Assembly (NCBI GenBank): GCA_019057385.1
Contig: JAHQJS010000004.1
Location: 448,001 to 512,000 of the forward strand
DNA length: 64,000 nucleotides
Direction: 5' to 3'
Origin: Candidatus Borrarchaeum weybense
GTDB taxonomy: Archaea; Asgardarchaeota; Sifarchaeia; Borrarchaeales; Borrarchaeaceae
A program made the translations under genes and the position numbers. The notes under the pieces were generated by a model. It had not been told where the DNA came from and made no database searches. It was given only the letters and a program-made list of their open reading frames with translations. Positions 1 through 10,194 of this stretch are shown here, one piece after another. Every line of letters starts with the position of its first letter. Position 1 is the first letter of the stretch.

Positions 1-757
1 GGCGTTTGATACGGCAGGAGCGATTATCGGATCTTTCCTAGCACTGGTGTTTATCATATTCTACAGTTTAGGCTTTAGAACTATCTTTCTTATTGCCGGA
101 GGAGTTGCTTTTCTTGCTCTTGTACCACTCGTTTTTTTAAGAGAGAAAAAATCAAGACCACTAGCAAAGTCAATAAGTCTACATATCAGTTTTAAAGAAA
201 TACCTAGCTCTCTAAAATTCTTCATCATTGTTGCAACTCTTTTTGCTTTAGGCAATTTTAGTTACTTTTTCTTTATTCTTAGAGCGCAACAGTTTTTCCC
301 GGCAGAATTAGCGATCATAGGTCCATTGTTCCTTTACGTATTACTCAATGTAGTATATGCGGCGCTTTGTGTTCCCTTAGGAATCCTATCAGATAAGATT
401 GGCAGAAAAAAGGTTTTAATTGCAGGTTACGCTTTATTTGGTTTCGTCTGCCTTGGTTTTACTCAGTTATATTCTTCTCTTGTATATCTTATCATCCTTT
501 TCATACTTTATGGTTTAGTATATGCATTGGTAGAGGCTAATCAACGTGCATTTGTATCAGATTTGGCTTCTGAGGATTTAAAAGGAACATCTTTAGGTAC
601 TTTTCACACAGCCATTGGCATTGCTTTGTTACCTGGAAGTATAATCGCTGGGTTTCTCTGGGATTTCATTGATCCTTATGCAACATTTCTTTATGGTGCA
701 TTATTCGCTTTTCTTGCTGTTGCTTTATTTATAATTGGAGAAAAAAGCACTAAATAA
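1..757 (+). CDS. MFS transporter (5'-truncated by the window edge)
   Basis: Multiple TM helices with MFS motif A 'GILSDKIGRKK'; the frame is open to the window start. Confidence 0.85.
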   Translation, partial: AFDTAGAIIGSFLALVFIIFYSLGFRTIFLIAGGVAFLALVPLVFLREKKSRPLAKSISLHISFKEIPSSLKFFIIVATLFALGNFSYFFFILRAQQFFPAELAIIGPLFLYVLLNVVYAALCVPLGILSDKIGRKKVLIAGYALFGFVCLGFTQLYSSLVYLIILFILYGLVYALVEANQRAFVSDLASEDLKGTSLGTFHTAIGIALLPGSIIAGFLWDFIDPYATFLYGALFAFLAVALFIIGEKSTK

Positions 758-776
758 AGCACATGGACTTTGAAAA

Positions 777-1634
777 ATGCCAGCAAATTTTTTTGCTTCA
801 TTAAGTTATCAGCAATGTTGTTTTCTTAGCGATTCGATCGCGGGAAAGAATACCCTCGAAACAATGGAAGAGCATTTATCACTTGTTGAGTCAAATTTTG
901 AATCAGATCAGGATCTTCACAAACTTGTTACCGATGTCCCCGTACCAACCGTTCTTATTAGGCCAAGTGCCATTAAATATGCTAAAAACTTATGTAAAGC
1001 TCAAGCTAAAGAAATTATGCTCGATAACGGCATTATTCAAAGAAAAACTCCTTTTTCAATTAAAAAATTACCAGATTTCATAGCAAAAATGGAAAAATGG
1101 TTGCAGTTAGTTGACTATTTTATTGTCCCAGACGTGCCACTCTGGAAGTTCGGTGAAAAATACAAAGAAAAAAACATAGAAATAGCAAGACAGACACTAG
1201 AACAAATTGGTAAACAAGATAAACTTGTTCTTCCTTTACATTTTAATAATGACGCTGATTTTCATTTGTACTATGATTCAGGGTTAATTGATGAATATAT
1301 TTGGTTTGCTGTGTCTTGCAGACCGTTCTCAATCTTCACAAAGCGGAAGAACACATTAGAAGAACACAATATCTGGAATAAAACACATTTACTCGCTTTT
1401 AATTCGACAAATCGAACAAATCTATCTTTGATTACAGATGCGTATTCATTTGATTCATCAGTATACAATATTCTTGCAGGAAAATTCCGTACAATGATTA
1501 CAAAAAACGGTGAGAAGCAAATTGTTCGCCGGATGAATAAAACTGAGATGATTCTTCTTTCTCTGAATAATGCGAAGTTTTATCCAACTTTCCTGAATAA
1601 AATAGCTCAAAAAAACATCATTAAAACAATTTGA
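777..1634 (+). CDS. tRNA-guanine transglycosylase (TGT)-fold protein, divergent
   Basis: Ordered motifs IMLDNG, FIVPDVP, LPLH, THLL and SFDSS match the TGT/DpdA barrel pattern (DSGG, LD, HxxG, FDS); no Zn-site or PUA domain seen. Confidence 0.5.
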   Translation: MPANFFASLSYQQCCFLSDSIAGKNTLETMEEHLSLVESNFESDQDLHKLVTDVPVPTVLIRPSAIKYAKNLCKAQAKEIMLDNGIIQRKTPFSIKKLPDFIAKMEKWLQLVDYFIVPDVPLWKFGEKYKEKNIEIARQTLEQIGKQDKLVLPLHFNNDADFHLYYDSGLIDEYIWFAVSCRPFSIFTKRKNTLEEHNIWNKTHLLAFNSTNRTNLSLITDAYSFDSSVYNILAGKFRTMITKNGEKQIVRRMNKTEMILLSLNNAKFYPTFLNKIAQKNIIKTI

Positions 1635-1688
1635 TGAGATCATCTGTTTTGTATTCTTAAAACTGGAGGTTACATTATCAAGTCAAAT

Positions 1689-2453
1689 CTATAAATCCAA
1701 TTCTTCAAATATTCTCTTCTCTAACATATCAAGTTTTGAGAATTTCAGATCCCATTTGAGGAAAAATTTCCATTGAAATACTAGATAAATTAACAAGCCA
1801 ATCTGAGCAAGAATGTTTAAGATTATTAAGATTAAAGGAAATTGTGCTGGTGGACCTCTAAACACTAGTCTACCAATTGCAAGTCTAAATACAATTCTCG
1901 ATACAAACCAAAAGAAGTAGAAGACGGCAACTGCATTCATTAGGAAGAAGATTATACGGATTTTCTTAACATGTTGTATTATATCATAAGTGATCTGGCT
2001 TAGAGAAATAAACTCGGTGCCAGACTCAATTTCATCTGGAGAACTTTTTATTAATTTATCAAAAGTTTCTTCTTGGTCGTTATATTGCTGGACTTTTTTC
2101 TGCCAGTGTAAAAGAAAGAAAAAGTTTGCAAGTACAAAAAGAGCAATAATAATCATTATAATTCCAGGACTTAACACTTCAATTATCCTAGGTGCTTCAC
2201 GATGTAAAGGAGGACGACCAGGGGGTGGCGGATTCATACTCACAAAGACTATATTTGCAATTTGGATTAAAATTATAAAAATGGGAAGAAGTGCGCTCCA
2301 AACTAGAAACCTCTTTTGAGAATCAATAAAAAATAGCCCTTCTTTTTCAATTTTTTTAAAAGATGAAGAACGAGAATCATTCTTCCCCCGCAATATTTTT
2401 TCCTCCTCTGGTCCTTCTGGAGAATTATTCGTCATTTTCATCAGAGGTCTCAT
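1689..2453 (-). CDS. Hypothetical 4-TM membrane protein
   Basis: Four hydrophobic segments; overlaps the upstream wHTH gene by 4 nt. Confidence 0.6.
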   Translation of the reverse strand: MRPLMKMTNNSPEGPEEEKILRGKNDSRSSSFKKIEKEGLFFIDSQKRFLVWSALLPIFIILIQIANIVFVSMNPPPPGRPPLHREAPRIIEVLSPGIIMIIIALFVLANFFFLLHWQKKVQQYNDQEETFDKLIKSSPDEIESGTEFISLSQITYDIIQHVKKIRIIFFLMNAVAVFYFFWFVSRIVFRLAIGRLVFRGPPAQFPLILIILNILAQIGLLIYLVFQWKFFLKWDLKFSKLDMLEKRIFEELDL

Positions 2454-2746
2454 TCGATTTCAGAATTTATTTTCACAAACCACTCGTATCGCTCTTTTCC
2501 AAGTGGCGTTATCTTATAGATAATTATTGTGCGATCGCCCCAAGGTTCTTCGTGAGATTCGATATATCCCGCGTTTTCCAATTTTATTAAATATTTCTCT
2601 GCTGTAATTGATTTTAACCCGCAATAGTTGATTAGATGTGATTTTACAATACCTTTAATCAAAGAATTTTCACGTTCTGCTCGAAGGATCCCTTCTAAGA
2701 TCGTTTGTATAATTAAATTAGCAGGGCGATACTGAGACGATTTCAT
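2450..2746 (-). CDS. Winged-HTH transcriptional regulator
   Basis: 'KSHLINYCGLK..TAEKYL.KLE.AGYI....YKITPLG'; divergent from the ABC operon; probable ATG at 2746. Confidence 0.7.
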   Translation of the reverse strand: MKSSQYRPANLIIQTILEGILRAERENSLIKGIVKSHLINYCGLKSITAEKYLIKLENAGYIESHEEPWGDRTIIIYKITPLGKERYEWFVKINSEIE

Positions 2747-2913
2747 GATATATACACAATTTGAGTTTTGAATTCTTCTGTACCAATGGTACAAAACCTT
2801 CTACCAAAGGTTTGACAGCATTTAAGAGTTTATTGGAGACTTTGTTTTTAGATTTTTTCATTCTGTGATATGGATGAAAATTTCAAACGAATAAATTATT
2901 TCAAAGAATTCAA

Positions 2914-3708
2914 ATGGTGTTTAAAATGGACAATCCTTCGAGTACTATGCTAGACATCACCAATATTGAAAGAGGTACTGTCTCGATTGAAGAAATGAAA
3001 GAAAATTCGGTAATTCTTAAGACTGTAAATCTCCATAAAACGTATATCTCTGGCCCACTGGCAGTACAGGCGGTGCGTGGCATTGATCTGGAAGTAAAAA
3101 ATGGTGAGTTTCTAGCTATCATGGGACCTTCAGGTAGCGGCAAGTCAACATTTTTGAATTGTTTATCGGCTATTGATACTCCCACAATGGGTGATATCTT
3201 CATTGACGGACAAAATATCGCTGCCCTTACTGACAACCAACTTGCCGACATTCGCCTACGCAAAATCGGTCTTGTCTTTCAAACATTTCAACTTTTTGAG
3301 TTACTTACTGCTTTAGAAAACGTAGAAATGCCTATGACTTTTCTAAAGATTCCAAAAAAGGAAAGAAAGGAGCGAGCTTTAGAACTATTACGGATGGTAG
3401 GTCTTGAAGCACGAGCTCAGCACATTCCGTCAGAGTTAAGTGGCGGAGAACAACAAAGAATCGCTGTCGCTAGAGCCCTTGCAAATGATCCTCCGGTCCT
3501 CTTTTTAGATGAGCCAACTGGTGATCTTGACTCCAAGAATAGCCAAAAGATCATGGAACTGTTGAAATCGATCCATGAAAAAGGAGTAACATTGGTTATG
3601 GTCACCCACGACCCCGAGATGGCTGCTTATGCAGATCGTGTCATAAACATGCTCGACGGGAAGATTCTAAATGAAGAAATCAATAACAAGACTGACGTAA
3701 ACAAGTAG
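2914..3708 (+). CDS. ABC transporter ATP-binding protein (LolD/MacB family)
   Basis: GPSGSGKST, LSGGEQQR, LDEPTG, VTHD. Confidence 0.95.
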   Translation: MVFKMDNPSSTMLDITNIERGTVSIEEMKENSVILKTVNLHKTYISGPLAVQAVRGIDLEVKNGEFLAIMGPSGSGKSTFLNCLSAIDTPTMGDIFIDGQNIAALTDNQLADIRLRKIGLVFQTFQLFELLTALENVEMPMTFLKIPKKERKERALELLRMVGLEARAQHIPSELSGGEQQRIAVARALANDPPVLFLDEPTGDLDSKNSQKIMELLKSIHEKGVTLVMVTHDPEMAAYADRVINMLDGKILNEEINNKTDVNK

Positions 3709-3721
3709 ATAGAGGAGATGA

Positions 3722-5152
3722 GTGATGAGTTACTTGAGTTATCTTTTCAAAGGAATGCGTCGTAAAAAAATGCGCAGTTTGCTGGGTGTACTAGGCATCA
3801 TTGTTTCAATCGCCTTGCTTACTGGTGTGAATGCAACGGTCGATTCTTATAGTTATACTTACATCGACCAGGCCGAACAAAGTGAGGGCATTATCGACCT
3901 TATGATCACTCGGGACGTGGACGATGAAACAAATCCAACATATAACGACTATTTATTCAAAGACGCTGAGGTACGTTCATATGTAGACTATATAGAAGGC
4001 ATCAAGGGCGTTTCACCACGCCTTAGGGCACTTGTAGAGGTTAAAGTAGACAAGCCCGGTGAAGAGAATGATCTGGAAGTAGACCTTGAATTGATGGGCA
4101 TGGATGTTGCCAGAGAGGATGAACTCGGAATTGGAAATTTCCGTCTCATTGAAGGCACGTATGATCTGGAAGGAAAAAAGGTTTTCATTCAGCAAAGCAC
4201 AGCTAACCTTCTTGGCATTGGAGTAGGTGATGAGATTAAAATCGAGGCATTAGAATGGAACACCGACAACGGCGGATCAAAAACTCAAGAGTTTGAAGTG
4301 ACAGGAATCATTGAGAATGAAAATCGCTTATCATCCAACGACGAAAATGTTCTTATCGCTGGCTTATGGAGGGTGCGTGACCTTACCCGCAGCTCAAAAT
4401 ACGTAACCGAACTAGTAGGAACTTTTGAAGGAAGAGAATTTATCTATAATGTACAAGATACTGATGAAACAATCGTGAGAACAGTAACAATTGGATCAGA
4501 AATACAAGAGGCAATAGGCTATGATTATGACGTCACTTTACCGATTACTGACGCAATGCAGCAGCTTGAACAATTTGGCATGTTCACAAGGGTCATGCTC
4601 TGGTTGGTTGCGATAATATCTTTGATCATAGTTTGTGTGCTGATGTACAGTTTATTAACTATCTCAGTTGAAGAAAAGACTCACGATTTTGGCTTATTCA
4701 TGGCGATTGGAGCGAAAAAGACACAGATATTACGCCTCGTCCTGTTGGAAGCAGTGATTATTTCCACCATAGGAGCAGTTTTTGGAGTTATCATCGGATA
4801 TTTTTTGAGTGTAGGACTCCTCTCTTTCCTAACAGGTGGTGGTGTCGGGATTCCTATGGCAGGTGGTGGCGGTGGGATGGGTGGCCGCTCTAGAGGACTT
4901 AGTATTCCTTTAATGCTCGATATTGTTGTTGTGGTACAGACAATAGTAACAAGTGCACCAGCAGGAATTCTGGTTGGTCTTTTACCAATCTTCAGTGGTG
5001 TTCTTTCTTTAACTTGTAGATCTCCTAAAACTACACAAACTATGATTACTTACGATTTAGTTGATGTCCATGCTGATCGTGTAACCCAAATGGTCGACGG
5101 GAAGATTGCAAATGAGGAAATTAATGACCGAGAGATCGATACAATCTTTTAG
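3722..5152 (+). CDS. FtsX/MacB-type ABC permease, N-terminal half, with an aberrant chimeric C-terminus
   Basis: 'RSLLGVLGIIVSIAL', extracellular domain, 'EEKTHDFGLFMAIGA'; the tail copies the ATPase C-terminus. Confidence 0.8.
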   Translation: MMSYLSYLFKGMRRKKMRSLLGVLGIIVSIALLTGVNATVDSYSYTYIDQAEQSEGIIDLMITRDVDDETNPTYNDYLFKDAEVRSYVDYIEGIKGVSPRLRALVEVKVDKPGEENDLEVDLELMGMDVAREDELGIGNFRLIEGTYDLEGKKVFIQQSTANLLGIGVGDEIKIEALEWNTDNGGSKTQEFEVTGIIENENRLSSNDENVLIAGLWRVRDLTRSSKYVTELVGTFEGREFIYNVQDTDETIVRTVTIGSEIQEAIGYDYDVTLPITDAMQQLEQFGMFTRVMLWLVAIISLIIVCVLMYSLLTISVEEKTHDFGLFMAIGAKKTQILRLVLLEAVIISTIGAVFGVIIGYFLSVGLLSFLTGGGVGIPMAGGGGGMGGRSRGLSIPLMLDIVVVVQTIVTSAPAGILVGLLPIFSGVLSLTCRSPKTTQTMITYDLVDVHADRVTQMVDGKIANEEINDREIDTIF

Positions 5153-5165
5153 TGAGGTGTCATAA

Positions 5166-7037
5166 ATGAAAAAGAAACATGGATTATATCTTATATTAGT
5201 CCTTCTTGGAGTGCTGGTTGCTGTAAGCACCTTCTTTCTATTCGAAAGTTACATAATTCCACTAATAGGTAGTGGAACTAGTGGTGAATATAGTAGTGGA
5301 TCTGCAACATTCAATATTGTTGTTTCGGTACAGACCATAGCAATAAGCTTGGCAGCAGGAATTCTGGTTGGTCTAGTCAGTGTCCTTTATCCAGCCCTTA
5401 AAGCTACACAAGTTGATATCGTTGATTCCCTTACGCCTACACGCGTAAGTCACACAAAAGCTCATATGGTAAGAGAGAGAGGCGTTAGTCACCGTTTAAT
5501 CATGTATGGAATTGTAATTTCGGGCATATCAGCGTTTATGTTCTTCGTAATGCCCAACGCCTTCACTACTGGTAATACAACGACGATGTCGATGTTGTAT
5601 CTTGGTATGATGGTTAGTTTACTTATTGGGTTTACCTTCATAGGTTTAGGAGCGTTAGTTCCTGGCATAGAAAGGTTACTTACACGCGTAATACGTCCAA
5701 TCACCCGCCGGATTAATGATATAGTTGCAATGTATCTAAGAAAACATCGGAGAAGAAATACTTTAACAGCAATTATGTACTCGATATCGATTGCATTCAT
5801 CCTTTTCCTTTCGACGATGCTTACCGTTCAGACAGAGTATAGTGCAACCACTTTACGAGCTGAAATTGGCACAGATCTATCTCTTGTATCAACTACAAGT
5901 TCAATTGCAGAGCCTTTCAGGCCTGTAACCAGCGAAACTCCCATCTGGATAAATGATACTGAACTCATACCTAAGATTAAGGAAATAGATGGAGTAGTAG
6001 ATATCACACGTGTAAGCCATGCAAATCATCCAAATGGATCTTCAACAGTGAGAATGGGTGACCTGATGGAATTTGAAACAGTGAGTGCCAGTGTATATGC
6101 CGTAGATGCGAATTTTCCCAATGTAACGTACTTTGATATTGCCAGTTTCACAGCAGGGGACGAATCAGCCTTTGAAACGATTAATAAGGTAGAAAATACT
6201 ACGATTATATCCGAAGGTGCAGCAAAACGTCTTAATGTTGACGTTGGAGATCATGTGACCATTAATGTACAGAGAAATATTGCATCTGGAACAGAAGTAT
6301 CAAATATAGTGCTTAGTGTTGTTGCGATAGCTGACGATATGCCAGCCTTCTCCGGTTTCGTTAATTCCGAATCTGGCAGTTCAGATGTATTAGTTTCACA
6401 ACATACTTATGCGTTAATCTTCGATCTCTATGAGGACCAGGATATCGATAAGACAGATACAAGTGAACTAGAAGATTACGTTGAACCAGTCGAAAGACTG
6501 TTAATAAAAACAACCAGCCCTGAGGCTGCCGAGAGTGTTGGTAGGATCTTAACGGCATCTTACGGCGTGAAAGAAGATGTGAATGTTCGTGTAACAGAAG
6601 AAGAAATTGAAGAGGCAGAAGAAAGTCTAGAAAGCCTCCAACTATTCTTTACTATAGCTTTAGGATTTGGAATTATCATTGCATTCTTTGGACTCACTGC
6701 TAGCTCTTACTCCACTATCCAAGAATCTATCTCTGAGATTGGGATAATGAAAAGCATAGGGCTAAGCAGCAAACATATTGAAAACGTCTTTATGTTTGAG
6801 TCAATTGTACTTACTTTAGCGGCAGGTTTAGCTGGCCTAGTTGTAGGATACTTCACGGGGATTTCATTGATATTACAGCAAGCTATAAACGCCGAGCAAG
6901 CCTTACCGTTGTATATACCATGGACTGAACTGGCATTAGTCATCATAGCCTCAATTATCATTGGTGCTATAGGCGCAAGGATACCTTCGCGTACAATCAC
7001 TAAAAAAACAACAGCCGAAATTTTGAGAATGCGGTAA
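5166..7037 (+). CDS. FtsX/MacB-type ABC permease (C-terminal part)
   Basis: 'EIGIMKSIG', multiple TMs, terminal 'AEILR'. Confidence 0.85.
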   Translation: MKKKHGLYLILVLLGVLVAVSTFFLFESYIIPLIGSGTSGEYSSGSATFNIVVSVQTIAISLAAGILVGLVSVLYPALKATQVDIVDSLTPTRVSHTKAHMVRERGVSHRLIMYGIVISGISAFMFFVMPNAFTTGNTTTMSMLYLGMMVSLLIGFTFIGLGALVPGIERLLTRVIRPITRRINDIVAMYLRKHRRRNTLTAIMYSISIAFILFLSTMLTVQTEYSATTLRAEIGTDLSLVSTTSSIAEPFRPVTSETPIWINDTELIPKIKEIDGVVDITRVSHANHPNGSSTVRMGDLMEFETVSASVYAVDANFPNVTYFDIASFTAGDESAFETINKVENTTIISEGAAKRLNVDVGDHVTINVQRNIASGTEVSNIVLSVVAIADDMPAFSGFVNSESGSSDVLVSQHTYALIFDLYEDQDIDKTDTSELEDYVEPVERLLIKTTSPEAAESVGRILTASYGVKEDVNVRVTEEEIEEAEESLESLQLFFTIALGFGIIIAFFGLTASSYSTIQESISEIGIMKSIGLSSKHIENVFMFESIVLTLAAGLAGLVVGYFTGISLILQQAINAEQALPLYIPWTELALVIIASIIIGAIGARIPSRTITKKTTAEILRMR

Positions 7038-7060
7038 CTTTTTTATCCCCTATTTTTTTT
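7038..7060 (+). terminator. Archaeal oligo-T terminator
   Basis: cttttttatcccctattttttttt directly after the stop codon. Confidence 0.5.
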
Positions 7061-7191
7061 ACATTCACTTTTAAGGGCATTTTCAAGTTTCATTCAAGCT
7101 AAAAAGAGAGATTTTGTTGCGTGAAATCCACGTTTAATGACGTTCATGATAATGATAAACCCTACTGTACATTCTCCGTTTTGTTGCAATA

Positions 7192-7524
7192 CTATGTGGA
7201 TTTTCTTTCGACATACTCTAAAATAATGCGCTTTTTAAAACCTCCACGTTCTACATTCTTTTTCTTTCTCAATTCTTCTATTCGTGTGAATTCTAGGTTT
7301 TCAGCATCAATTAAACAATAAATTGCTTCTAGTACATCAATGAGTTCATTAACATCTTGTGATTCCTTGAGCTCAATTGCCTCTTCTAGAATTTTTTCTC
7401 TTAATGCTTGGCAATATTCCGCTTTATTTTTCGCAATATGACATTCTGGATGATTCCCTTCCTGTCTTATTATATCTGGTATTTTGTCACGAACGAGTTT
7501 ATTGAAGTATGTACGCACCATTCG
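7192..7524 (-). CDS. Phosphoribosyl-ATP pyrophosphohydrolase/MazG-like NTP pyrophosphatase
   Basis: 'FNKLVRDKIPDII', 'LEEAIE', 'ELIDVLE', 'K.VERGGF'; start is approximate. Confidence 0.8.
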   Translation of the reverse strand, partial: RMVRTYFNKLVRDKIPDIIRQEGNHPECHIAKNKAEYCQALREKILEEAIELKESQDVNELIDVLEAIYCLIDAENLEFTRIEELRKKKNVERGGFKKRIILEYVERKST

Positions 7525-7600
7525 ACATTCTCCTATAATGCAATCTATTAGCATTTTAATCGTAAACTATATAACTAAAAAGATATGACAGTGTCATAAT

Positions 7601-8524
7601 ATGGATGAATGTTCTATGATCGTAGCAAATAATATTACAGAATTAATTGGAAAAACCCCAATGTTAAAGATAAACAATCTTACAGGCTCCGATAGGGCTA
7701 CAGTTTATGCAAAACTAGAGTGGTATAATATCGGCGGTTCGGTAAAGGACAGGATGGCCTTGTATCTCCTAGAATATGCAAATGTAGCAGGTAAATTAAG
7801 CAATAGTAAAACAATTTTAGAGGCAACATCTGGTAATACTGGAATAGCGTTAGCAATGATCGCAGCAGCAAAGGGTTACAAAATTGCTATTATAATGCCT
7901 GAATCTGTTAGTGTGGAAAGAAGAAGGGTTATAAAGGCTTATGGAGCTGAATTAATACTTTCGCCAGGAGTAAAAGGAACTGGTGGCGCGGTAGAACTTA
8001 AGCAAGAGCTACTCAGAAAGAATCCTGGTAAATATATAGATATAGATCAATTCAAAGACCCCGCGAATATATTGGCGCATTATGAAACAACTGGTAAGGA
8101 AATTCTCGAACAGACTAAAGGAAAAGTGAATATGATTGTGGTTGGCATTGGGACTGCTGGGACCGGAGTTGGGACTTCTCTGCGTATTAAAGAGCATGAT
8201 CCAAAGATAAAAATAGTTGGCGTTATGCCGAAGCTTGGCATAAGTGTTCAAGGATTAAGAAATCCAGGAGAGCCCTATCCTACTCAACTATTTAGAAGAG
8301 AGTGCTTCGACGATATTGTTGAGATATCGAAAGAAGAGTTACCTAAAACTTTCGAGATCGCACGGAAAGTCGCGAAGGAAGAAGGTCTCTTGATTGGTTT
8401 AAGTGCAGCATCAATCATGTATATCGCACTCCAGAAAGCAAAGGAGTTAGGGGGAGGTAAGACAGTTGTTGCGATATTACCCGACGATGGTATGAAATAC
8501 CTTAGTACATCTTTATTTGAGTGA
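7601..8524 (+). CDS. cysK: Cysteine synthase (PLP-dependent)
   Basis: GGSVKDR, EATSGNTG, GIGTAGT, ILPDDG.KYLS. Confidence 0.9.
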   Translation: MDECSMIVANNITELIGKTPMLKINNLTGSDRATVYAKLEWYNIGGSVKDRMALYLLEYANVAGKLSNSKTILEATSGNTGIALAMIAAAKGYKIAIIMPESVSVERRRVIKAYGAELILSPGVKGTGGAVELKQELLRKNPGKYIDIDQFKDPANILAHYETTGKEILEQTKGKVNMIVVGIGTAGTGVGTSLRIKEHDPKIKIVGVMPKLGISVQGLRNPGEPYPTQLFRRECFDDIVEISKEELPKTFEIARKVAKEEGLLIGLSAASIMYIALQKAKELGGGKTVVAILPDDGMKYLSTSLFE

Positions 8525-8635
8525 GATATCTAAAGTTAAAGATGGGAGGTATTTGACAACAAATTTATTTGCTTTAATGAAAAATTATAGTTGTCATAAT
8601 TTAACTGAAAGGATGATCCAGATTTTAACTAAACT

Positions 8636-9826
8636 ATGTTGGAGGGGATCTTTGTGAAAGTAGTGTATATGGACAACGCCTCTACAACTCCAGTTGATCC
8701 AAGAGTCGCGGAGGTAATGCATGATTACTTTGTCACGCATTTTGGTAACGCCTCAAGCATTCATGAATTTGGTCGTGAAGCTCGTGAGGCAATTGACAAC
8801 GCTAGGCAAGTTGTAGCTAAAGCCATTGGCGCTGAGGAAGAGGAGATCATTTTCACTTCTGGAGGTACTGAGGCTGATAACCTTGCTTTGAAAGGCATTG
8901 CATTTTCCGATGAATATGAAGGAAAACACATCATCACGAGTGTCATTGAACATCCTGCTATTTTGAAAACTGCGAAATTCCTAGAAAAACAAGGTTTTGA
9001 AGTAACGTATCTGCCAGTTGACAGCGAAGGATTAGTAAGCGTAGAAGATGTCCAAAATGCCATTAGACCCGATACCATTTTAATTTCTGTAATGTACGCA
9101 AATAACGAGATTGGCACAGTTCAGCCACTTGAAGAAATTAGCAAACTTGCAAGGGAAAATAATATTGTTCTTCATACAGATGCAGTTCAAGCTATTGGAA
9201 AACTTGACGTCGATATCAATAAATTAGGGGTCGATTTGCTGTCGATGTCATCTCACAAAATTCATGGTCCTAAAGGAGTAGGTTTCCTCTATATTCGCAA
9301 AGGCACAGTTATCGAGCCACTTTTACATGGTGGAGGCCATGAGTATAACCTTCGGTCAGGTACTGAGAATGTTCCAGGGATTGTGGGCTTTGCAAAAGCA
9401 ATGGAATTGGCAACTATCGAGTTAGATAAAAAGGCAAACTATATGATGCAATTAAGAGATAAACTAATAGATGGCGTCTTACAACGTATAAAAGGGTCAT
9501 ATCTTAATGGACATCGTACAAAAAGGCTACCAAATAATGCCAATTTTCGGTTCGATCAAATCAATGGTGAAGCCTTGATTTTAGATCTTGATATGAACGG
9601 CATTTCAGCATCAACAGGCTCTGCTTGTTCATCACATGAAACTGATCCGTCACATGTTCTTCTTGCGCTTGGTTTGTCCCATAATGAGGCAGAAGGCTCT
9701 CTAAGGTTGACATTAAGTACTGAAACAACCGAAGCTGATATTAATTACGTGCTTGAAGTATTGCCAAACAGCATTTCCAAATTGCATGCGTTGCATCCAC
9801 GCGTATCTAAAACTGAATTTGAATAA
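8636..9826 (+). CDS. iscS: Cysteine desulfurase IscS/NifS
   Basis: YMDNASTT, FTSGGTEADN, SHKIHGPKG, STGSACSS; likely start is GTG at 8654. Confidence 0.95.
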   Translation: MLEGIFVKVVYMDNASTTPVDPRVAEVMHDYFVTHFGNASSIHEFGREAREAIDNARQVVAKAIGAEEEEIIFTSGGTEADNLALKGIAFSDEYEGKHIITSVIEHPAILKTAKFLEKQGFEVTYLPVDSEGLVSVEDVQNAIRPDTILISVMYANNEIGTVQPLEEISKLARENNIVLHTDAVQAIGKLDVDINKLGVDLLSMSSHKIHGPKGVGFLYIRKGTVIEPLLHGGGHEYNLRSGTENVPGIVGFAKAMELATIELDKKANYMMQLRDKLIDGVLQRIKGSYLNGHRTKRLPNNANFRFDQINGEALILDLDMNGISASTGSACSSHETDPSHVLLALGLSHNEAEGSLRLTLSTETTEADINYVLEVLPNSISKLHALHPRVSKTEFE

Positions 9827-10194
9827 CTCATTCCATTTTGTAGTTTAACTGGCAAGGAGATCACTCACCATTGCTAAACCCGTTTAGATGCAATCTAAGT
9901 TACTAAAAAACCTATCGTAAGCGTATAATTCCATTACAGAGAACTTCAGCTTCTGTTGAAATTTGATAATATGACAACTTTTATAACCTTCTAGCATTTT
10001 ACTTAGACGAAAATGTACCTTTAAAGCATTTTGAGTGCTAGATCTCCTTACGATGAGCACAAATTCGAAACAAAAATATTGTTATAGAAAACGTAAGCAT
10101 CCGAGTACGATGCTCTTGGTTATATCGATAGCATTGTATTGATGGATAAGTATTTAGCATGTTCGTTAATGTTTCAGAATGAAAACAGGATGGA

